Shown in pieces: positions 41,028 to 51,565 of a stretch of 64,000 nt of DNA (positions are counted from its first letter, which is position 1; the number at the start of each line of letters is the position of its first letter). The DNA comes from Octopus sinensis (Eukaryota). The position numbers and the translations under genes were made by a program. The stretch lies in NCBI RefSeq assembly GCF_006345805.1, contig NC_043017.1, positions 24,304,001-24,368,000 on the forward strand. The letters run 5' to 3'. The notes below the pieces were generated by a model. It saw only the letters and a list, made by a program, of their open reading frames with translations, was not told the origin of the DNA and did no database searches.

Positions 41028-44000
41028 CTTCATTTATCAACAGATTCGAAATTATTCGCGGAGTTCTTACCCCGGTTCAGAAAGTGCTTCTATTAATTTA
41101 GGTCTGGCTGAGGTAATGAAACCAAGGATTTTTGTTTGTGTTACTCTGTGGCATGAAAGTGAAATCGAGATGATGAAACTTCTGAAGTCGATCTTCAGGT
41201 GAGCCTCATTTGAAATTACAAGGATGTCCAACACAAATAGAAGTATGCGCGCGCGTGTGTGTGTGTGTGTGTGTATTAAAAAAGATTAAAATATTTATAC
41301 AAGGTGCAGGAGTGGCTGTGTGGTAAGTAACTTGCTTACCAACCACATGGTTCCGGGTTCAGTCCCACTGCATGGCACCTGGAGCAAGTGTCTTTTACTA
41401 TAGCCTCAGGCAGACCAAAGCCTTGTGAGTGGATTTGGTAGACGGAAACTGAAAAGAAGCCCGTCGTATATATGTATATATGTGAATATATATATATTAT
41501 ATATATATATATATATATATGCATATGTGTGTCTGTGTTTGTCCCCCTAGCATTGCTTGACAACCGATGCTGGTGTGTTTATGTCCCCGTTACTTAGAAG
41601 TTCGGCAAAAGAGACCGATGGAATAAGTACTGGGCTTACAAATGGAATAAGTCCCGGGGTCGAGTTGCTCGATTAAAGGCGGTGCTCCAGCATGGCCGCA
41701 GTCAAATGACTGAAACAAGTAAAAGAGTAAGGGTTATTATAGAGAAATCCTTTTTAATTACATAGATAATCAGTAACTAACAGTTGCTACTAATGCACAG
41801 AAGTAATTCTGTACTAGATTAAAGAGATGTTACTGATTATGGCCAGACATTTTGTCTATTGTCTTACCAGATCTGCTGCTCCACTGGTTTTAACCAGAAC
41901 AGATCTGTTTCCATTCTGTTCCTTATTTTCACATTAATTCTTATAATTAAATTCTTCTGTTTTTATCACAGATTGGACATTGACCAGTGTGCTCGCCGCC
42001 ACGCACGACTGTATTTTGACCTTGTGGATCCAGACTATTATACATTTGAAGGTGACAATTATTGCATTACTTTTAAGGGTTCTCACGTGTTTTCTTTTCT
42101 CTCTCTCTCTCTTATTCACGCCTTTTCTCTTTCTCTCTCTCACCCACTTTTGCATGCACACTGTCTCTCTCTCTCTCCCCTTTTCTCTTTTTATTCGCAC
42201 TCTCTTTTTCTTTCGTTTGCTCTCCCTTTCTCACTCACCTGCTTTCACATGTGCTCTTTCTCGTTTTCGCTCCCTCTTTTTCTTTGCTCTCTGCACTCTC
42301 TCTGTTTTTCACTCACACCTTTTCTCTTTCCCCCTCTCTCTCTCTCTCTCTCTCTTGCCCGCTTTCGCACGCACTCTTTCTCACTTTCGCTCTCTCCTTC
42401 AAACTTGTTCTCTCACTCGCTTAATTATTTTATGAATTATTAACTCCATCAATATTATCAACTGTACAGGAAATATATTTCTAGAATATACCAATTTCTT
42501 TGTTTGAATTCAGTAAAGTTGGTTGCTTACGTATGTGGTTATGGGCATGGCAGATAGCATTCCATTCCTCAGTCTACCTGACTGATAAACAAGTTCCACT
42601 CCGATTTTACTTTTAACTATTAGCAGGAAAGACATCAGACTGTTAAATTAAAAAAAAAAATTTAATTCCAACTAGGTTCAGCCCATATGAGGTCACTCAA
42701 ATCTGTAGTATTGAGCAGAATATTTACTTTAATAACTCTGCTTCAGTATCTCAGCACTGAATCTGTCTCAAATGTAATGGAAAATAGGTCAGTTTCACAA
42801 CATTGATGTTCGTGTCATGAAAGCAAAGTCTGAAGAAAGTAATAGTCATTTCCTTTGATTTCAAATAGGAAATAATGCTTACTGACCAAAAACAAGAAAC
42901 ATAAAAACGATAATGTTATCAAAAATAGTGGTCAAATATTCATTTTTCTGATATATCGATTTAAAAATTTTTTTAACCTCAATTAATGATATTTTTTTCT
43001 AATGAAACATCAATTGATGTCCTCTCACATTTAAGGGTTAAATAAAAAACTCCAACTTCCTTTTACATGTTCTTACAGCTCACCTTATAATAGACGATGC
43101 CTTTGACAAAGATGGCCAGATCAATTATTTTGTTAAGCAATTAATGAGTGTCATGGATTCAGCTCTGAGGTATGTAACAATTATTTAACAATTTTACCTT
43201 AAACAACCTTATAGTCACAGTTGCAGCTAGTGTGTGGTACAGTGCAGTGGTGCAGCTAGTGTGTGTGCAACTGAGGGCAACCCTTCAGTTCACTGCACTC
43301 TTTGCTTCTATACAGGTTTAACCCTTTTGTTACCATATTTCTGTTGAGATGCTCTGTGTTTCTGTCAATTAGTTTTAAATATAACAAAGAATTTAGTAAA
43401 ATAACTTAGTTATCATTAAGCTAATGTTAGGAACATAAATTGTGACTAAGGTTTCGTGGAAGATTTTAATTCAGAACTTATGCAAACAAGACATTTGTAC
43501 TACAGAGCCAGGGGCGGTTTCTGTCGGGTTGATATTGAAAGGGTTAAAAGCATTGCCTAGGCAGACTGCCCTCACCCCTAGCTGCACTAAGGTTTGGTGG
43601 AAGATTTTAATTCAGAGCTTTTGAAAACAAGACATTTGTACTACAGAGCCAGAGGCAGTTTCTGCCGGGTTGATATTGCTTAGGCAGACTGCCCTCACCC
43701 CTACATGCACCACTGGTGAAGTGGGTTACTGACTGTCATCGTGCTCTCTCTCTTTCCATTTATATGAGTGTATATTTGTGTGAGTATGTTTACTTACAGT
43801 ACCACAATGCACTGGCACCGAAATGTCCATTCAGCCCTGCCAAATCACCAGCTTCCAAACAGTTGCACTTTGTTGTCTGAGTGTGCTAGTGCTGAAGGTG
43901 TTAGACTCTTGAGCAGGTCATTTCACTCGGCTCCAAATCTATGTATCTAAAAATGAGTGCCAGGCAAGTGCTGGTACAATCCTCTCTACTCTTCAGCTGT

Positions 44001-46843
44001 CACATTCTCAATATTCTCCCGGGTTAAAACTAGGTTCTGCTTACTAACTACATAGTTAGTCCCCATTACTCTGGAAGTAGCAAAAAGCTAGTTTCCTGGT
44101 TTAAAAAGATATTTCTCACCCCTCAACTTACTCCCAAGGAGATTGTTCTTGTTGTGGACAGACGTCATTTCCTATATGCATGAGATCTCCCAGTGACTTA
44201 TTTTATTGACCCCTAAAGGATGAAATGCAAAGTTGGCCTTGGTGGATTTTGAACTCAGAAGGTAAGCACGAACAAATACCACTAAGCCTTTCACCAGGCA
44301 TGCTAACGATTCTGTCTCACACATTCTCTGAGTGGCTGTGTGGTAAGTAGCTTGCTTACCAACCACATGGTTCCAGGTTCATTCCCACTGCGTGGCACCT
44401 TGGGCAAGTGTCTTCTACTATAGCCTCGGGCCAACCAAAGCCTTGTGAGTGAATTTAGTAGACGGAAACTGAAAGAAGCCCGTCATATATATGTATATAT
44501 ATATATATATATATGTATGTGTATATATGTTGGTGTGTCTGTGTTTGTCCCCCAACACCAGTTTATATTTTTTTGGCAATTTCATTATTCACACACTTAA
44601 CATAGGACAATACAATAAACTGTAAATATTACGTATATAACAAATGTTTGGTGTTATTAAGAAACATTGTTGAAGCACAACTTGTTACTGTTGACTATTT
44701 AACATGTTACTGATAAGACATCATTTGCTGTTATAAAAAAAAAAAAGAGAACAAAAATGAAATGCATGATCATCGATACAGAAATTCATAGACATTTTTC
44801 TTTTATCCAGCTGTGTACATAACATTGTTCTTCGTATGAAACCTCCCACTAAATACGACACTCCTTATGGTGGCCGTTTGGAATGGACTCTTCCAGGTGG
44901 AAATTTGTTCATGATTCACATGAAAAATAAGCACAAGATTCGTAGCAAGAAGAGATGGAGTCAAGTAAGTAATACGACATCCATTGACTCTCATTTTCAC
45001 TAGAACTTGCGATAAACTAACTGTTATGTGTAGTTTGGGTTCTGATGGGATAGACAACCAATATGAAGCCATTGTTATTGTTTTAGGTGTTTATTTACTT
45101 TGCATGTTACACGGACTGTCAACATTCAGCGTAGTGATACATTTATACTTTAGACACAGTTCGTACTGTTCTAACAAAATAGTGCCAAAAGTGGGGATGT
45201 ATTCTACATACGTATACCTGCGTATACACATAGATATAAATGTGTAACACTAACAAACATTGGTTTCATACATTATTAGTAGTATTTTAGTAACTTTACC
45301 TTCTACTTTATAGTGTTTGTTGCATGTTTACTGTGTAAGACTAAATGTTGGACATAAACAGTCACTATGTCTGTTTAAACACTTTCCCGCTCTTCAATGG
45401 CTTGTTTTCTCAGCAGCTTCTGACAATTCTCTGTCCTTTGCAGCTAGTCTGAGACTCCTGAGTATCCAGTGAGCCCTGGTTCCAACAAATCTAACACTTC
45501 TCTCTCCTTTTGAATTATTGATTTGTTTTATTTCTTTGTCTCTCATGTCTGAGTGAAAGAGAAGCAATGTCATGTTGGTAGCATTAGTGACAGAGATAGA
45601 AAGGAAAAAAACACAAGGAAAGGTACTCTTTTACTTGTTTCAGTCATTTGACTGCAGCCATGCTGGAGCACCACCTTTAGTCGAGCAAATCGGCCCCAGG
45701 ACTTATTCATTGGAAGCCTAGTACTTATTCTATCGGCCTCTTTGGCCGAACCGCTAAGTTACGGGGACATAAAAACAACACCATCGGTTACCAAGCGATG
45801 TTGGGGGACAAACACAGACACACCAACATATACACGCACATATATATATATATATGACAGGCTTCTTTCAATTTCCATCTACCAAATCCACTCACAAGGC
45901 TTTGGTCAGCCCAAGGATATAGTAGAAGACATTTGCCCAAGGTGCCACGCAGTGGGAATGAACCTGGAACCATGTGGTTGGTAAGCAAGCTACTTACCAC
46001 ACAGCCACTCAGAGAATGTGTGAGACAGAATCGTTAGCATGCCTGGAGAAAGGCTTAGTGGTGTTTGTCTGTGCTTACCTTCTGAGTTCAAAATCCACCA
46101 AGGCCAACTTTGCATTTCATCCTTTAGGGGTCAATAAAATAAGGATAAGTTAAGGACCAGTTGAGCACTGGGGTTGATGTAATTGACTTAACTACTCTTG
46201 GGCAAGAATATATAAACTACATCGCTCTGCCAAGCCAGTATGGCAGCACAGGCTCATCAAAGTAGTATTATCTGAAGCTCAGATTCAAGGCATGCATATC
46301 AAACCATGGATGGTGGAGAGAACATGCTAAGGCCTTCATCCTGCAGTGAACTGAACATAGGTAATCCGCACACATACACACATGCTCATATATATATATA
46401 CATCATCATCGTTGAACATCTCTTTTTTTCATGCTGGCATTTGAATGATACATGTGAACACACACACACACATACATATGATCAATGTATAATGTCTGCT
46501 TTCCATGGTGGCAAAGGTTTGATGGTATGGTGATCCTATTCTGCCATTTATTCATCAGGGCAAAGGTCTTCTACTATAGTCTCAGGCCAACCAGTCTTGT
46601 GAGTGGATCTGATAGACAGAAACTGAAAGAAGCCCATTACCTGTGTGTATTGTTCAAATTTACAGAAAAAGACAAAAACAGGTGAAGGAACAGCAAGCAG
46701 GTGTATTTGTTTAATGTTCAGGAAACGTCTTTGATGTTTCAAGCCTACACTTCGAGCCTATGCTGACCAAAAGGATTGAGAGGGGCAAAAAAACAAAAAA
46801 CAAAAAAAAACACAATGAAAATATGTGTGTGTGTGTGTGTGTG

Positions 46844-46874
<31 letters not shown>

Positions 46875-48378
46875 CCGTAATAATGAAGGGTGAAATTAAT
46901 TAATTTGGAAAAATTATCAATTACACCAAGTAGTCTTCGGCATGTAAAAGCCTCATTCGAGGAAAATTTAAGTAATACTAAGCAATAAGGTTTAGCAACG
47001 AGTTGCCTTACCACATACCGAATTTAGAAATAGCAGTCAAAGGGTTATAGCTATTTCTTCTACTAAAAAGGGAGATCTCAGTAAAAACAGCATTTGGAAG
47101 GCACAAACAGGTAAGAGAGAATGAATTGACTGCAATCTATCATACATTTTTTTAAAAAAATGTATGATAGATTGCAGTCATTCATTCTCTCTTACCTGTT
47201 TGTGCCTTCCAAATGCTGTTTTTACTGAGATCTCCCTTTTTAGTAGAAGAAATAGCTATAACCCTTTGACTGCTATTTCTAAATTCGGTATGTGGTAAGG
47301 CAACTCGTTGCTAAACCCTTATTGCTTAGTATATATATATATATATATAATTATATAAAGTGAAAGTCAAAAGCACAGTTAGACAGCTTTTTAATCACTA
47401 CAAATGTTTCAATATATATAAATCCATGTATATATAGGATTTAAAGTTAATTTTGAATTTAAATGAAATTATGTAAACGATTTTCACACAAATACCTATT
47501 TCTTTACTACCCACAAGGGGCTAAACACAGAGAGGGCAAACAAACGGATTAAGTCGATTATATCGACCCCAGTGCGTAACTGGTACTTATTTAATCGACC
47601 CCGAAAGGATGAAAGGCAAAATCGACCTCGGTGGAATGTGAACTCAGAACGTAACGGCAGACGAAATACGGCTACGCATTTCGCCCGGCTTGTTCAATTA
47701 TGGATCACGGTCAAAGGGAGACAATCCCTTGTTGACATAACGAAGACTTTTCCTCCCCCCATTTTCTAGAGATACCTATTTCTTTACTACCCACAAGGGG
47801 CTAAACACAGAGGGGACAAACAAGGACAGACAAACGGATTAAGTCGATTATATCGACACCAGTGCGTAACTGGTACTTAATTTGTCGACTCCGAAAGGAT
47901 GAAAGGCAAAGTCGACATCTTTTCACACAAATACCCAAAACTAGAATTGGTAGCCTACCATAATAATACATAATACTACCGCCCATTTGGGAATTCTAAG
48001 GGTGAACAAGCTCTGTTTGTACTAATACGCTCTTAACAGCACACACATCAATTATATATATATATATATAGGTGCAGGCATGGCTGAGGTGAAAAACTTG
48101 CTTCCTAACCACATGGTTCTGGGTTCAGACTCCAATGTCTCTCTCTCACTCTTTCTATTATATATAAATATATATATTAAATTAGAGATAAAACCACTAT
48201 TAGGCAAATCAAACAGTGAAAATCATAAACCAATACATAGAAATAAAATTAATTAATAAAAAATATATAAAATATAAAATTCAAAATTTAAAATATATAA
48301 AATATATTAATTTTATTTCTATGTATTGGTTTATGATTTTCACTGTTTGATTTGCCTAATAGTGGTTTTTATCTCTAA

Positions 48379-48414
<36 letters not shown>

Positions 48415-51400
48415 TATAAAATTAGATTTAATCCTAAATCTAATTTTTCCATGTAAGTTTGGATTTACTCCCTAATATTATTATTATAAATAAATAAATA
48501 TATATATATATATATATATGTCCCGGATGAACCAACTTCACGGCAGGTGGTGCAGATGAGGGCAGCTGCATTGAACTCTCTCATGCACCAAATGGCAGTT
48601 GCTAAAAAGCATTCGTGAAGTAAAATCATGTAGCAACACCAAATGGCAGTGCCCCAGCATGGCCACAGCTCGTGAGCTGAAACTAGATAAAATAAAAAAT
48701 AAAAATATATATGAGTGGCTGTGTGGTAAGTAGCTTGCTAACCAACCACATGGTTCCGCGTTCAGTCCCACTGCGTGGCATCTTGGGCAAGTGTCTTCTG
48801 CTATAGCCCCGGGCCGACCAATGCCTTGTGAGTGGATTTGGTAGACGGAAACTGAAAGAAGCCCGTCGTATATATATATATATATATATATGTATATGTG
48901 TGTATGTGTGTGTGTTTGTCAACCTAGCATTGCTTGACAACCGATGCTGGGGTGTTTACATCCCCGTCACTTAGCGGTTCGGCAAAAGAGACCGATATAA
49001 TAAGTACTGGGCTTACAATGAATAAGTCCCGGGGTCTATTTGCTCGATTAAATGTGGTGCTCCAGCATGGCCACAGTCAAATGACTGAAACAAGTAAAAG
49101 AGTAAAAAGAGTATATATATCTCTGCACATGCCACCAAGCAATTTGTATTATATTTGAATGTTACAGGTGATGTATATGTACTGGATCCTTGGTTACCGC
49201 ATCATGTCCATTGATGGCCCAGTCCATCTGAAACGGTCAATTGCCGAGAACACTTACTTGCTTACTTTGGATGGTGATATTGAATTTCATCCTCCATCCT
49301 TTCTAAAACTACTCGATCGAATGAAAAAGGATCCTCGTGTTGGTGCAGCATGCGGTAGAATCCACCCTGTTGGCTCTGGTAAGCTCCTTTATTAAAGTAG
49401 CCTTCTGGGACAGGATTTTCTAGAATATTTCTTCCGTACATTTTTATATTCTTTAGTCCTGTCTCTCTCTCTCTCTCTCTCTCTTTCACTCGTCCTGTCT
49501 CTCTCTCTCTCTCTTTCACTCGTCCTGTCTCTCTCTCTCTTTCACTCGTCCTGTCTCTCTCTCTCTTCCACTCGTCCTGTCTCTCTTTCTCTCCTTCATC
49601 CGCTCTCTCACCTGTCCCATCTCTCTCCTCTCTTTCCTTTGTCTACCTGGTAAAAAGAAAATCATCCCTTTTAGGTCCTCTGATCTGGTACCAGAAATTT
49701 GAATACGCCATCAGCCACTGGTTACAGAAATCTGCCGAACACGTGATGGGTTGTGTCCTGTGCAGTCCAGGTTGTTTTAGTCTGTTCCGTGGCTCAGCAC
49801 TGATGGATGACAATATTCTCAGCACCTACACCAGTCTCTCAAGTCAACCCATTGACTACTTGCAAAAAGATCAAGGTAACTTTGTTCTACTGTTATCATT
49901 CTCCCTCTTTCTTTGACTACAAAACATGAGACATACCTTAACAACAAATAATATCTTGTAGCTTTGGTTCAATGCAAATAAATTTAATAGGAGAATAATT
50001 AATTTAATAGACCCTATTTTTTTTACTTGTTTCAGTCATTAGATAGCGGCCATGCTGGAGCACCGCTTTTAGTCGAAGAAATCGAACCCCAGGACTTACT
50101 CTTTGTAAGTCTAGTACTTATTCTATCAGTCTCTTTTGTCGAGCTGCTAAGTTTTGCTGACATAAATACACCAACACTGGTTGTCAAGCAATGGTGGGGA
50201 AACAAACACAAAGATATACACACACACACACACACACACATACATACATACACACACACACACACACGACGGGTTTCTTTCAGTTTCTGTTCTATCAAAT
50301 CCACTCACAAGGCTTTAGCAGAAGACACTCGCCCAAGGTGCCACACGATGGGACTGAATCCCAAACCATGTGGTTGGGAAGCATGTTTCTTACCACACAG
50401 CCATGCCTGCACCTATATATATATATATATTTTCATTGTGTTTTTTTTTTTTGTCCCTCACAATCCTTTTGGTCAAAAAGCGTAGGCTCAAAACATCTTG
50501 GCAAGATTCTAACTTAAAATGTCTAGCAGGATGGCCATGTGGTAAGGAGCTCACTTTGCAACCAGATGGTTTTATGTTTAGTCCCACTCACAAGGCCTTG
50601 GTCAGCCCAGGATTATAGTAGAATACAATTGCCCAGGGTGCCACACAGCGGGATTGAACCTAAAATTACATACTTAGGAAGGAAACTTCTTAACCCATTC
50701 ACAAGGCTTTAGAGAGCCCAGTGCTGTAGTAGAAGGCGCTTGCTCAGGGTGCCATACAGCAGGATTGAACCCAAGACCACATACTTAGGTAGGAAACTTA
50801 ATCCCACCCACAAGGCTTTAGTCAGCCTGGGGTTATAGTAGAAGACACTTGCCTAGGGTGCCACACAGTGGGACTGAACCTAAAATTATGTACTTAGGAA
50901 GGTAACTTCTTAACCACAAAGCCACACCTGTATGCAGTAATTAATTCATCTTAATTATGAAAATTAAATGAATTTATTAAATTTAGGTCTGACACCTTTA
51001 GAACCTTACATGTCTTTTTTTTGTTTTTGTTAATTATTGTATCAATTAAAATTTTTTAAAAAATGGAAAATTCCAATTCAGGTGAAGATCGCTGGTTGAG
51101 CACACTTTTACTGAAGCGGGGTTACCGTGTGGAATACTGTGCCGCAGCAGATGCTATGACCTTTGCCCCTGAAGGTTTCAAAGAGTTCTTCAATCAAAGA
51201 CGACGTTGGATGCCATCAACTCTGGCCAATATGTATGACATTCTGAGCGACTGGAGAACTGTGGTGAAACAAAACAACAGCATCTCGTTAATCTACCTGA
51301 TGTACCAAGCAGCATTGATGGCTATATCGTTTATCTCACCTGGCACGATATTTGTACTGCTGGTTGGTGCCATCAACAGAGCTTTCCCAGCTTTATCTTT

Positions 51401-51534
51401 GACATCAACATTCTTACTGAACTTAGTCCCAATTGTAATAATGATATTGTTGTGTAAATACGCTTCAACAGATACACAGGTAAGTCCTTCTACCTGTTCT
51501 TTCCATACATGACAATGCACATGCATGTTTGTGC

Positions 51535-51565
<31 letters not shown>

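Noticed and set aside
41101-41102. Alternative acceptor TTTAG|GT in exon 5
   Set aside because: Phase 1 does not match the phase 0 end of exon 4.
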